In this document: in pieces, positions 1 through 12,483 of the stretch
How positions within the stretch are numbered: position 1 is the first letter of the stretch
Layout of the letters: every line of letters starts with the position of its first letter
Assembly (NCBI GenBank): GCA_045803545.1
Contig: JBJMOW010000004.1
Span: 928,001-992,000 of the forward strand
DNA from: Gemmatimonadaceae bacterium
GTDB lineage: Bacteria; Gemmatimonadota; Gemmatimonadetes; Gemmatimonadales; Gemmatimonadaceae
Reading direction: 5' to 3'
Length of the DNA: 64,000 bases
Translations under genes and position numbers: made by a program
Notes under the pieces: generated by a model
The model's database searches: none
Told to the model about the DNA's origin: nothing
Seen by the model: only the letters and a program-made list of their open reading frames with translations

Positions 1-3
1 TTC

Positions 4-981
4 ATGCTGGAGTGGGAGTGGTTCCGGATCTACTTCGAGTCGGGTCTCGTCAAGATTCTGAGCGGTGACCCGACGTGGCGGAATCTCACAGCGATGGATC
101 AGTACTACCAGAACGGTCCGCTGCCAGCGTGGCCGGGTTGGTACGTGCAGCATTGGCCACACTGGTATCACGCCGGCACCGTAATCCTCACCTTGTTCGT
201 CGAATTGTTGCTGGTATGGGCGCTGTTCCTGCCGCGCCGCATTCGCATTGGGTCGTTTTTCATTTTCACCGCGCTGCAAATCGGCATCATCAGCACCGGG
301 AATTACGCGTTTCTGAACTACCTCGTGCTCTGTCTCGGCGTGCTACTGCTCGATGACCGCTTTCTAGCACGATTTGGATTTCCGCTTGCCGAGACGCGGG
401 CTGCGAGTCCGACTCGTGGTTCCCGGATATTTCGCCGCGTGGAGACAGCGGTTCTCTCAGTCGCTTTCTACTCGACCATTGTGGCGTTTCTGTGGGGTGG
501 TTCCAGCTCGATTCTCGCGCTGCCCAATCGGCTGCTGGCGCCGTTCCGCATCGCCAACCCATATGGATTGTTTGCGGTGATGACACCAGCCCGCTACGAG
601 ATCGAATTTCAGGGCAGCTCGGACGGCAGAGCGTGGGTGCCGTACCAATTCCGCTACAAGCCGCAGGACGTTTTCGAGCGTCCGGGGATATATGCGCCGT
701 ATCAGCCGCGCTTCGAGTGGAACCTCTGGTTTGCATCGCTGGCGCCATGGCAGCAGAACCCATGGGTGGTCAACACCGAACAACGACTGATCGAAGGAAG
801 TCCGAGCGTGTTGGGTTTATTCCGCGGCGATCCTTTCCACGGCAAACCACCGGCGATGGTGCGAACAATCATCTACCAATACTGGTTCACTGACCTCGCC
901 ACCAGGCGTAGTTCAGGCGCCTGGTGGCGGCGAGAGGAGCTCGGTCAGTTCAGTCCCTCGCTCTCCGCGCTTTCCCGTTGA
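4..981 (+). CDS. Lipase maturation factor (LMF1) family membrane protein, probably 5'-truncated by window edge
   Basis: Motifs FRIYFESGLVK, DPTWRNLTAM..YY..GPLP, TGNYAFLNYL, YGLFAVMT..RYEI, APYQPRFEWNLWFA. Confidence 0.85.
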   Translation: MLEWEWFRIYFESGLVKILSGDPTWRNLTAMDQYYQNGPLPAWPGWYVQHWPHWYHAGTVILTLFVELLLVWALFLPRRIRIGSFFIFTALQIGIISTGNYAFLNYLVLCLGVLLLDDRFLARFGFPLAETRAASPTRGSRIFRRVETAVLSVAFYSTIVAFLWGGSSSILALPNRLLAPFRIANPYGLFAVMTPARYEIEFQGSSDGRAWVPYQFRYKPQDVFERPGIYAPYQPRFEWNLWFASLAPWQQNPWVVNTEQRLIEGSPSVLGLFRGDPFHGKPPAMVRTIIYQYWFTDLATRRSSGAWWRREELGQFSPSLSALSR

Positions 982-1159
982 GATAGGCACCCAGACATAG
1001 AAGTCCCATCGCAACTCCGAGCAGCAAACCATGGACGCCGTCGAACACATCCTCGGCAACCTTTGTGGCTGGATGCGTCAGAAAGTTCATCGCAAAAAAC
1101 GCGAGTATGAATACGTATCCAATCTTGATAATCAACTTGGTGTTCTTCTGCACTAGCAT
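950..1159 (-). CDS. Small two-TM hypothetical membrane protein
   Basis: 69 aa, two hydrophobic segments, GGAG RBS upstream, third gene of the XRE operon. Confidence 0.6.
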   Translation of the reverse strand: MLVQKNTKLIIKIGYVFILAFFAMNFLTHPATKVAEDVFDGVHGLLLGVAMGLLCLGAYLNGKARRARD

Positions 1160-1171
1160 CGAATTAATCTC

Positions 1172-1393
1172 CTAATCGGTTATGAAGTACCACGTCATCA
1201 GCGCCAGTTTGACGGCGCCCATCGCTACCACCACCGCAACCAGATCCCAGTTCATCACTCCGTTGGCGAAGTAGCGGTAGACGAAAATGCCCACCGCAAC
1301 CCAGGCTCCGACCAGTCCGGCGATGCTCGTCGAGCGTTGACGATGACGGAAGAACCGCTCGTCGATCTCGGTGCCGAGTATTGGGATCCTCAT
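1172..1393 (-). CDS. Small membrane protein (DUF2178-like) coupled to XRE regulator
   Basis: DER motif then two TM helices; ATGA overlap with the XRE gene. Confidence 0.65.
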   Translation of the reverse strand: MRIPILGTEIDERFFRHRQRSTSIAGLVGAWVAVGIFVYRYFANGVMNWDLVAVVVAMGAVKLALMTWYFITD

Positions 1394-1602
1394 TTTTTCT
1401 TCTCCAGGCTGAAAATCTCATCCGTGCTCTTGCCAAAAACTCGCGCAAAAGTCAGCGCCAGTTCGAGGCTGGGCACGTAGCGCTCGCGCTCAATCGAGTT
1501 GATGCTCTGTCGCGAAACTCCTACCGCCGCAGCGAGCTCCTGCTGCGTCCAGCCTCGTTCGGTTCGGAGCTCTTTGACTCTATTTCGGATCGTCAGCGCC
1601 AT
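1390..1602 (-). CDS. XRE/Cro-family HTH transcriptional regulator
   Basis: NRVKELR..RGWTQQELA..VGVSRQSINSIE..RYVPSLELA. Confidence 0.92.
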   Translation of the reverse strand: MALTIRNRVKELRTERGWTQQELAAAVGVSRQSINSIERERYVPSLELALTFARVFGKSTDEIFSLEKKK

Positions 1603-1668
1603 GTAAAGTTAACTTTCCACAGCAAACATAAGACGGTTCAACCCAATGTCAAGTAAACTTTACTTGAC
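1602..1668 (-). promoter_or_regulatory. Promoter (TTGACA-N16-TATGTT) with two palindromic operators for the XRE operon
   Basis: TGTAAAGTTAACTTTCCA at 1602-1619 and GTCAAGTAAACTTTACTTGAC at 1648-1668 flank or overlap the promoter and start codon. Confidence 0.65.
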
Positions 1669-1914
1669 CGGGGCGGGACATACCCTAGGTTGAGCACGTA
1701 CTGATGAGCTCAGGGAGCCAGATTTTTCTGGGCGACTCGGCGTGATCTCGGCGGACGAGCTTGCTCTCTAGCTAAGCGATTGTATCACAAGTGGTTACGC
1801 AGCATGAATATGGTTGCTTCGAAGCCCAATTAGCTGTAGATTTCGGGCTACTTATTCAGGAGGCTTTTTGCACTCCTACTCAGCCTCCAAACCTCGTAGC
1901 GACTACCGCATTTA

Positions 1915-4439
<2,525 letters not shown>

Positions 4440-4443
<4 letters not shown>

Positions 4444-5576
4444 AGACCAAGCGGCTCGCCGTGGATAAACACCTCGAGGAAGTCAAGGATCTGCGTGCGT
4501 CTCTGCGTAAGGCAGAGAGCGAGATTCAGCGTCTGCTTGACGAGGCGTCCGCCCGTGGTGCGCTAGTCGACATCCTGCACGACGTGATGGGCTCGCTGTC
4601 GATGGGCGAGCTCTTTCACATGCTCGCCCGCCGTCTCGCGCGCGCTCTTAACCTCAGTCACTCGTCGGTGATCTTCGCCAAGTGCGGCGACACCATGGGA
4701 ACAGTCGCGTCGGCGCACGAAGATCCGCAGCTGGAGAATCTGCAGGTAGAGCTCGACAAGTATCCTGAGATCGAAGCGGCCCTGGCGAGCGAACAGCCGG
4801 TGCTGATTGGGGACATCTGGCACTCTGACGCCTACAAATTGCTTCGCGAGGCGTGGGAAAAGGATGGCAGCGTCATCTCGGTGCGGTCGATCATCGCTCT
4901 TCCGTTCCGTCTCGATCTCGATCGCACCGGGGTTTTCCTCCTCCGTCGCACCGCCGAGAAGCCAGCGCTCAACGAAGCGGATGTCGAGTTCGCGGAGACG
5001 GTGGTGAAGAGCGCGATGAACGCGATGCGTCGCGCGCACATGGTGGAAGTGACGCAGGCGGACAACCTGCGCCTCGAGGCGCTTGCGCGCACCGATCCGC
5101 TGACGCAGCTGCTCAATCGTCGCGCGCTGTTGCAGCAGCTCGCAACCGAAGTCGAGCGCACGCGCCGTTACAACGCGCCGCTGAGCATCCTGATGATCGA
5201 CGTCGACGAGTTCAAGGACGTCAACGACACCCACGGCCACCTCGCCGGTGATCAGGTGCTCGTCGAAGTCGCATTGCTTCTCGCTCGCACCGCGCGCAGC
5301 GTGGATTCAGTGGCGCGCTATGGTGGTGACGAGTTCGTGATCGCGGTCCCCGAGACCGGCGAAGCGGGCGCAATCGCGTTCGCAGAACGTTTGCGAGACA
5401 AGATCCAGTCGCACGCTTTCGACATCGGGAAGGGCCAGCCGCTCAAGCTGACGGTGAGCATCGGCGTCGCCGATTTTCCGGAAGCCAAAGTGGAGACCGC
5501 CGAGGATCTGCTCGATTGCGCGGACCAGGCGCTGTACCGGGCGAAGGCCGGGGGACGCAATCTGGTGTGCGTGTAG
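4440..5576 (+). CDS. GAF-domain diguanylate cyclase
   Basis: [16 protein letters not shown]-site, RYGGDEF; ATGA overlap with gyrA. Confidence 0.92.
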
Positions 5577-5591
5577 GGCGGGATAGGAAAT

Positions 5592-5654
5592 GCGGGAAGC
5601 GGGAAGCGGGAAGCGCTAAAGGCATTTAGCTTCTAGGTTCGCCTTCGCTCCCGC
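5592..5654. repeat. GCGGGAA x3 heptamer tract forming an imperfect hairpin
   Basis: GCGGGAAGCGGGAAGCGGGAAGC followed by partly complementary GCTTC...GCCTTCGCTCCCGC. Confidence 0.6.
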
Positions 5655-5688
5655 GCACAGGCGCTCCATTCACGTTCCTGGTTTTACC

Positions 5689-6732
5689 ATGCCCAATTCG
5701 CGCCGCTGGCTTCGCAGTTCCCTCCTCCTCCCGCTTTTTCTTTTTGGCTGCGTCGTTGATTCTGCCAGAAAAGAGTCTGCGACCGACACGACAAATGCGG
5801 CGCCCGTTGTAACCGCGACTCCCGTGAATCACGGCACGCACGGGATGGCGGAGGAAGTGCGGTGGCTGTTCTCGCCGGATCGGAAAGCCCTCCTCGTCGT
5901 TGCTGATCCTGCGGGAGTCGAGAACGAGCCGGTCCCCGACGCTTTCTTCTTTGGCGACGAGTCGCGCGGGTTCCAGACTCAAATGGACAGCGTGTGGGAC
6001 GTCGCACCGTCCCCCGACTGGAAGTGGCTCGGGTTCAGTCGCGCATACACCGTCGTCGGTGGTGGTGGATCTGGCAGCGAGCTGTTGACCGATGCCGCTC
6101 GTCGAACGGCGATCGATACTGCGACGCTGCGCGCCGGATCGTTCCCGGCGAGCGGAATGTCCATGTCACGCGCCATCGCCCAGGCGGGCGTGATTCACAT
6201 TCCCGACAATCCGCGAGCGCAGGCTGCGGCAGACAGCGCCGCGCCCAGGCTTTTCCCGGTCGCACTCGGCTGGCGCGTACGGTGGACGACTGACGGATCG
6301 ACGCTGGCGCTGGGAAATAATCCTGCGTCTGCGCGCGACGACGCGCAAAGCGAGACATGGGCCGCGCTGGATCCGACGACGGGGATGATGCACGGCTCGT
6401 TGCCAGCCAATGCGAAGCTGGCTGATTTGAAGTTCACGCGTGGTCCGACACTGGATCCGTCGCTGCCGATCGATCTTACGCAGTCGCCGTCGATCCCGAT
6501 TCAGCGCGGAGATCGGAGGTACACGATCGAGAGTCGTCGCGGTGTGATTACGATCGCAGATCCAAACCCGCCTGGCGCCACGGGCGCGACGGGCGCGGAG
6601 CGAGTGGTCGGCGCCGGAGTCGCACTCGCAGCGACGGCCGGTGGTCGCTACATCATTGCGCTGGCACCGCGCAGTCGAGCAGCGCAGGGAGAACCTGCAG
6701 TCGAGCCTGTCGTTTACACTGTGGTCTGGTAG
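5689..6732 (+). CDS. Hypothetical lipoprotein
   Basis: Lipobox-like LFLFGC; WD40/TolB-like FSPD and PSPD motifs. Confidence 0.7.
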   Translation: MPNSRRWLRSSLLLPLFLFGCVVDSARKESATDTTNAAPVVTATPVNHGTHGMAEEVRWLFSPDRKALLVVADPAGVENEPVPDAFFFGDESRGFQTQMDSVWDVAPSPDWKWLGFSRAYTVVGGGGSGSELLTDAARRTAIDTATLRAGSFPASGMSMSRAIAQAGVIHIPDNPRAQAAADSAAPRLFPVALGWRVRWTTDGSTLALGNNPASARDDAQSETWAALDPTTGMMHGSLPANAKLADLKFTRGPTLDPSLPIDLTQSPSIPIQRGDRRYTIESRRGVITIADPNPPGATGATGAERVVGAGVALAATAGGRYIIALAPRSRAAQGEPAVEPVVYTVVW

Positions 6733-7179
6733 CTACTTCCCGATTCGGCGCAGCTCTACAAGCAGGCAGTGATCTTGAATGACGTCAATGCCGGCCTTGG
6801 CTAGACGTTCAGCGGCCTCATCATTTCTGATTCCCAGCTGGAAGAAGACCGTTTTCGGCTTCTTGGCGAGAATGTCGTCAACGTGCTGCGTGATGTCCTT
6901 CGGACGACGAAAGACATCTACAAGATCGATGTCGCCGGGGATATCGACGAGCTTGCGGTAGACCTTTTTCCCCATGATCTCGGTGAGATCGGGATAGTAC
7001 ACCGGGACGGGGACCACATCATAGCCGGCTTGTGACGCGTACTCGGGCACATAGTACGCGGGCTGTGCTTCATCCGGCTTCATGCCGATGACGGCGATCC
7101 GATGAGTACTTTCGAGGATCTGTTGAATTTTCGAGGGCGATTCAACTAAGTGATCGCGCCACGTATCGGTACCTAGCAT
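6733..7179 (-). CDS. CoA-binding protein (YccU-like)
   Basis: RIAVIG, IDLVDVFRRP, FQLGIRN, DHCL. Confidence 0.9.
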   Translation of the reverse strand: MLGTDTWRDHLVESPSKIQQILESTHRIAVIGMKPDEAQPAYYVPEYASQAGYDVVPVPVYYPDLTEIMGKKVYRKLVDIPGDIDLVDVFRRPKDITQHVDDILAKKPKTVFFQLGIRNDEAAERLAKAGIDVIQDHCLLVELRRIGK

Positions 7180-7233
7180 GGACTCTTAAATTGCAAGAGC
7201 GAGTCCAGCTCTATAATTGGAGATTCACACGTA

Positions 7234-8379
7234 ATGCGAATGCTCGTGCTCGGCGCGGGGCTGCAAGGCTCCGCGTGTGCCTATGATCTGCTGCAGAATC
7301 CGGAAGTAAAAGAAGTTCGTCTCGCCGACTTGCATACTGGCCATCTGCCGCAGTTTCTCGCGCCGTTCTCCGGCGAGCGATTGATCTTCACACCATTGGA
7401 CGTGCGCGATCGTGAAGCGACACTCGCGCTGATGCGCGAGAGCGACGCGGCGATGAGCGCGATCCCGTACTACTTCAACTACGAGCTCGCAAAGCTCGCC
7501 GTGGAAGCTGGCGTGCACTTCTCCGACCTCGGCGGCAATACGGAAATCGTCTTCAAGCAGAAGACGCTCGACGCTGAAGCGAAAAAGAAAAGGATCACCG
7601 TGATTCCCGACTGCGGACTTGCGCCGGGAATGGTGAACATCCTCGCCGAGCATGCGATCGAGCAGCTGGACGAAGTGGATGCGGTGCGGATATTCGTCGG
7701 CGGACTGCCGCAGCATCCCGAGCCGCCGCTCAACTATCAAATCGTTTATTCACTCGAGGGTGTGCTCGACTATTACACGACGCTTTCGTGGGTGCTGCGC
7801 AATGGCAAGCGCACGCAGGTGACCGCTCTGTCGGAGATCGAGCCGGTTTACTTTGGTGGATCACTTGGTGAGCTCGAGGGATTCCACACGGCGGGTGGAT
7901 TGTCGACGATGGCGTTCCGCTACGAGGGGACGATTCCGACGATGGAATACAAGACGCTGCGATATCCAGGACATGCGCGGATCATGGAAGCTGTTCGCGA
8001 GCTGGGATTGCTGGAGCTCAATCCGGTCGACGTGAAGGGAATCAAAGTCGTGCCCCGCGATCTCGTTGTTGCCGCGATGGGTCCGCGTCTCACCAAACCG
8101 AACGGACACGATCTCGTTGCTTTGCGTGTGTTCGCCGAAGGAAAGAAGGGCGGCAAGCCGAAGCGCATCGGCTGGGAAATGGTGGACTACTACGACGAAG
8201 AGAACGGCATCAGTGCCATGGAGCGTTCGACCGGCTATTCGTTATCGATCACTGGCCAGATGCAGGTGCGCGGGGAGCTTGGGAAGGCAGGTGTCTTTAC
8301 GCCGGACGAAGCGATTCCGGCCGAGAAGTACGTTCGAGAGCTCGCGTCGCGCGGAGTAATGATCCACGAAATGAGGTAG
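7234..8379 (+). CDS. Saccharopine/lysine dehydrogenase family oxidoreductase
   Basis: VLGAGLQG Rossmann motif, DLGG, DCGLAPG, VGGLPQ, EYKTLRYPGH. Confidence 0.88.
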   Translation: MRMLVLGAGLQGSACAYDLLQNPEVKEVRLADLHTGHLPQFLAPFSGERLIFTPLDVRDREATLALMRESDAAMSAIPYYFNYELAKLAVEAGVHFSDLGGNTEIVFKQKTLDAEAKKKRITVIPDCGLAPGMVNILAEHAIEQLDEVDAVRIFVGGLPQHPEPPLNYQIVYSLEGVLDYYTTLSWVLRNGKRTQVTALSEIEPVYFGGSLGELEGFHTAGGLSTMAFRYEGTIPTMEYKTLRYPGHARIMEAVRELGLLELNPVDVKGIKVVPRDLVVAAMGPRLTKPNGHDLVALRVFAEGKKGGKPKRIGWEMVDYYDEENGISAMERSTGYSLSITGQMQVRGELGKAGVFTPDEAIPAEKYVRELASRGVMIHEMR

Positions 8380-8382
8380 CCG

Positions 8383-8808
8383 ATGCCTGATTTGCGCTCC
8401 CCCGAGTGGACGATCTACCTGTTGCAGCTGCTCGTATCCGCATTCATCGCGGTGCTGTTCCTGCAATCGGGCCTCGACAAGGTTTTCGACCGGGCGGGCA
8501 ACCGGGCGTACCTTGACGAACATTTCGCCAAGAGCCCGTTAGCGCGGACGGTCGGGCCCATGTTCCTGACCATTACGATTCTCGAAGTAGTCGCGGGTGT
8601 CTTGAGCGGGCTGGGAGTTCTCCAGCTTTTGTTTCTCCGCTCTTCCTCGCTCGCTTTCTACGGTGCCCTCATCGCTGCGGCAAACATGGTGGCGCTGTTT
8701 TTCGGCCAACGTGTCTCCAAAGACTACGCCGGCGCAGCCGCGCTTGTCCCGTATTTCCTCCTGGCTCTCGTAGCGATCGTAGTCCTCGCCCAGCCAATCC
8801 ACGTTTAG
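8383..8808 (+). CDS. DoxX-family membrane protein
   Basis: FLQSGLDKVFD..GN, FFGQRVSKDYAGAA, four TM segments. Confidence 0.75.
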   Translation: MPDLRSPEWTIYLLQLLVSAFIAVLFLQSGLDKVFDRAGNRAYLDEHFAKSPLARTVGPMFLTITILEVVAGVLSGLGVLQLLFLRSSSLAFYGALIAAANMVALFFGQRVSKDYAGAAALVPYFLLALVAIVVLAQPIHV

Positions 8809-8870
8809 AGAACCAGCAACCCAACCGCGAGTAAGCTCGCAACTCGGACTAATCCGTTAGCCCGCAGCAC

Positions 8871-11480
8871 TTACATTATTGCGCGGAGCCCAAAACTAAT
8901 CGTCCGCCCCGGGACAACCGTGATGTTGTCCGGCTCTCCATGCTGTCGGTTCAGCAGGTTCTCCCCGTTCACATTGAATGAAAACCCGCGATACAGATTC
9001 CGTCCCACGCTTGCGCGCAGGCGCGTGACTCCCGTGTATCGCAGCCAGTAGTTTCGCAGCTGCTGCCCAACCAGCTGCGCGTCGCTCTGCGTTGAATTGG
9101 AGAACGCGCCCGCCAACCCCACGCGATCGTAATCGATCCAGTCCCACGAGCGAGATGCAGTGATCGAGCTGTTCCATCCTCCACCCAGCCAGGCCGCCGA
9201 CAGGCTGCCAGTGCGAGCAGGGACCTCGAGCATCCGATCACCTACGCGCATGTCACCGATATAGTTAGCCGCGACGCGACGCACCCTGCTGTCGACGGTC
9301 GAATAAGTGGCGCTCAGCGTAAATGTCGGCAGCTGGACATCTCCCTTCACTTCCCAACCGCGATTGGTGATCTGACCAACGTTCTGCAGCACATACCAAA
9401 TGTGTCGATCGCTCGGCGCGTAGGATTGTGTCGAACCCGGCTCGCCGGGGCCTTCTCTGTCCCCACCACGGGAGCCCTGAGGATGGTCGTCGTAGACGTA
9501 AGCCACGCGTTGAATCAATCCGGATGCGAGCTGGTCGAAGCGCGTCACCTGCAGGCCGAACGTCCTGCCCAAGAACAGATCCATCCCCGTCTCGATGCCC
9601 GACTGTTGCTCGGGATTCAGATCGAGCAGTCTCGACTGGCCTGGATCGACCCATGCCATCTCGCGAATCGGAGTGGTGGCCGCCCGGATGCCGCGTCCAT
9701 ATGCGGACCGCAACTTCACGGTCACAGGTCCCATATCACGCAGCGCGGCGATACCAAGCATTGGTAGCGCGGAGTACGTGCTGGTGGCGCCGAGCGACGA
9801 GTTGCGCTCGAGACGCAGTCCTGCGGTGAGGAACCCGGCGTCGTGCCAGGCAAAATTCGCCTGGGTCACGCCGGCTGAGGTCATGCGCCGAACGATCGAC
9901 GAGAATGTCGACGTGCCCTGGGTGCTGGCGTTCGCCATTTGCGAACGGAAATCCAGCCAGGAGTTCTCGGCGGAAAGTGTCAGCGAGGACTCGAGCTTGC
10001 CGGGCGTGCCCACTTTGGCGACGCTGCTGAAGCGCAGCGTGGTGAGATCGGCGTTGCCGCCGGCAGCTCCGACGTCCTGGCCGGAAGCAGAGGGCAGTGG
10101 CGTGTGATAGTCCGGGATGTTGCTGACGCGACTGCCGTCGAAGCCGGCGACGATGGTGTTGGTCCATACGTCGTTGGCAATGAACGTCGCCGTACCGCCT
10201 GCCGTGTACTCCTGCACCGACTCCGGAATCACGAGACCGGCGCGGGTCGCGCTGACCGAGTCGCTGAACAGCGGACTGATCGGGTCGCTCGATTTGCTTG
10301 AAAGCAGTCGCGCCGTACCGGTGGCGATGAACTTCGACCTGACGGCGCGAAATCCAGCGCTGCCTGTCACATGGCGGACAAACGCTCCCGGCAAATACTC
10401 GCCAACTCCCCCCGAGCTGAAGCTCAGACTTCCCGACTGCGCATTTGACCCACCGCGCAGACTAACGGCATGATCCTGGGTGATGGCGCCGCGGGGGACG
10501 AACGAGCTCGACGCCACTCCGACAGTGCTCCTCACGATCGCGCTCGGTCCGCCATCGGAGCCGTCGTGACGAGTGACGATGTTGATCACGCCACTAATCG
10601 CGTCCGTCCCGTACAGCGCCGCGCCCTGTGGTCCTCGAATGATTTCGATTCGGTCGATCGTCTCGGGGGCGAACTGGGTCACCAGCAGCGGATTGGAGAG
10701 CTCGATACCATCGACGTAGATCTTCGGATAGCTCGAGCCGAACGAGCTGCTGCCGCGGATGCTGCCGTAATGAGCGAGCAGCGAAGTTGGCGCGCTTTGC
10801 CAGACCCACAACCCTGGCACTGCGTCGCTAAGCGCCTGACCCATGTTGCCCTCGGAGTAGCGCGCGACCTGAGCGCCACTGACGACATTCATGGCGACCG
10901 TTAGCCGCCGTTCTGGAGCCTCGATTGCATTCCCGGTGATCACGACCCGATCCAGCATTTTCGGGATCCGATCATGCGCATCGGTAACAGCCCGCGTTCG
11001 AGATGGGGCCAGGACTACAAGATCGCCGCCGGCAGCTATTGGTAGCACCGTCGTCTCGCGGAGCAGAAGAGTCAAAACACTGCCGACCGGGACCGAGTCG
11101 AACGATGCGCACACTCTGCTGTCGAGAGGCACTGTCTCCGTCGTGTACGAAAGATGGATGCTCGATTGAGTGGAGATCCGGTCGAGCGCATCCCGTAGCG
11201 AGATGTCGCTCAGATGGAGCGAGATGCGACGATCGAGTGGCGGATTCCAGGCGGGGAGCGACGAAAGCTCGCCCGCGGCAGTCGAGCACGCCTGAGCAGT
11301 GGCATTGTTTGGAGCAATCGAAATCGGCGCGGCCGCCAGGCTGAAACACAGGGCAAGGCCGCGGGTTGACGCTAGGCGAGGACTCCTAGGGGCGCGGGAC
11401 AGACTCCGTTGACCGGTACAGGACGGCGACATTCGCCTGTCGCTCGACCCGAGCGCCAAGGGAGAGGGCAATGACATCAA
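8871..11480 (-). CDS. TonB-dependent receptor with N-terminal signalling (STN-like) extension; true start probably near 11400-11430
   Basis: LDRRISLHL..ISLRDAL, TonB-box LDRVVITG, plug motif IDRIEIIRGPQGAALYGTDAISGVINIVT, C-terminal PGRTISFGL. Confidence 0.9.
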   Translation of the reverse strand: MMSLPSPLALGSSDRRMSPSCTGQRSLSRAPRSPRLASTRGLALCFSLAAAPISIAPNNATAQACSTAAGELSSLPAWNPPLDRRISLHLSDISLRDALDRISTQSSIHLSYTTETVPLDSRVCASFDSVPVGSVLTLLLRETTVLPIAAGGDLVVLAPSRTRAVTDAHDRIPKMLDRVVITGNAIEAPERRLTVAMNVVSGAQVARYSEGNMGQALSDAVPGLWVWQSAPTSLLAHYGSIRGSSSFGSSYPKIYVDGIELSNPLLVTQFAPETIDRIEIIRGPQGAALYGTDAISGVINIVTRHDGSDGGPSAIVRSTVGVASSSFVPRGAITQDHAVSLRGGSNAQSGSLSFSSGGVGEYLPGAFVRHVTGSAGFRAVRSKFIATGTARLLSSKSSDPISPLFSDSVSATRAGLVIPESVQEYTAGGTATFIANDVWTNTIVAGFDGSRVSNIPDYHTPLPSASGQDVGAAGGNADLTTLRFSSVAKVGTPGKLESSLTLSAENSWLDFRSQMANASTQGTSTFSSIVRRMTSAGVTQANFAWHDAGFLTAGLRLERNSSLGATSTYSALPMLGIAALRDMGPVTVKLRSAYGRGIRAATTPIREMAWVDPGQSRLLDLNPEQQSGIETGMDLFLGRTFGLQVTRFDQLASGLIQRVAYVYDDHPQGSRGGDREGPGEPGSTQSYAPSDRHIWYVLQNVGQITNRGWEVKGDVQLPTFTLSATYSTVDSRVRRVAANYIGDMRVGDRMLEVPARTGSLSAAWLGGGWNSSITASRSWDWIDYDRVGLAGAFSNSTQSDAQLVGQQLRNYWLRYTGVTRLRASVGRNLYRGFSFNVNGENLLNRQHGEPDNITVVPGRTISFGLRAIM

Positions 11481-12447
11481 GGACTCGATCGATGGGCTCG
11501 CCAGAAAAAGTCGCTGTAAGGTGGAGGTTAGCTAACGTCGAATCCGCTACGCGTAACCTTACTCCGTACCAGCGGTAAAGTTCAGCGCCAACGAGTACAA
11601 GTGGTGCGTCGCGAAAAATGAGCCGACCCTGCGTCCAGGCCCGATCATCTTCGGAGACAGCTGAGCGCTCAACCGATACAACGCCCGCTCCATCAACGAT
11701 AGCGCGATCACGCGCGTTGAGCACTGCGCCACGTACATGATTCTGGTCCGCAGCCCCAATAGCAACGGAACCCGAGTCGACTGCCACCCGAGTACCCGCA
11801 CTATCATCGTTTTCCACGGTGAACGCAGTGCCAATATCCTGGATGCTTATGCTACCGGCCCTTACTGTGAAAGGATGCGCGCGATCATGAACGACGCTGA
11901 AATAAGCGATGCCGTCGAGAGTGACCAGTCGCCGGTCCTCGCTTGCCGGAACCACCAGCCTGCTGGTCGGGCCGAGGAGGACTTTGGTGCCATCCTGCAG
12001 CACGACCTGACGGCGCTCGCCAATGCCCGTGGCGTAAGTATGCTCACTCGACTCGAGGCGAGACCGGCGCAGATTCTCCCACAAGGTCACACCACCGACG
12101 ATGATGAGGACGGCAGCAGCAACACGCGCCAGAGCGTAAATGGTACGACGGGAACGCGCGTCCTCGTCTGGTCGGGCCGCAAACGGGAGCACCTTCGGTT
12201 CGTGCATGCGTGTCTTCACGGCACTGAGAGCACCCTCGACATCAATGTCGGAGTTATCGTCCGCTCTATTGGCGAGAATCGATTCAAGCAGGCGCACGAC
12301 GTCTCCGCGATGCGGATCGGCGTCGATCCAGCGTCTCGTCGTTTCCGCTTCGCTTGCGACTGCCTCCCCGGTGACGTAGCGCGCGATGCGCTCCCAGTCA
12401 TTGGGACCGATGTCGCCGGAATCCCTGTCTGAATTCGACATATTCAT
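11386..12447 (-). CDS. FecR-family anti-sigma/transmembrane sensor
   Basis: TM helix then T..GERRQVVLQDGTKV.L, DIGTAF, AWTQGRLIF; ATG at 12447 or 12441. Confidence 0.9.
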   Translation of the reverse strand: MNMSNSDRDSGDIGPNDWERIARYVTGEAVASEAETTRRWIDADPHRGDVVRLLESILANRADDNSDIDVEGALSAVKTRMHEPKVLPFAARPDEDARSRRTIYALARVAAAVLIIVGGVTLWENLRRSRLESSEHTYATGIGERRQVVLQDGTKVLLGPTSRLVVPASEDRRLVTLDGIAYFSVVHDRAHPFTVRAGSISIQDIGTAFTVENDDSAGTRVAVDSGSVAIGAADQNHVRGAVLNARDRAIVDGAGVVSVERSAVSEDDRAWTQGRLIFRDAPLVLVGAELYRWYGVRLRVADSTLANLHLTATFSGEPIDRVLDVIALSLGARVERQANVAVLYRSTESVPRP

Positions 12448-12455
12448 TAATAAGT

Positions 12456-12483
12456 CAGACACACCAACTGGACGCTACCCTAC
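12456..12483 (-). promoter_or_regulatory. Putative ECF promoter GTAGGGTA-N13-GTGTCTG for fecR-TBDR
   Basis: Same bipartite motif and spacing recurs at 13103-13130. Confidence 0.65.

Noticed and set aside
1773..1797. dif site
   Set aside because: Does not match the XerC/XerD 11-6-11 consensus (no TTATGTTAAAT arm).
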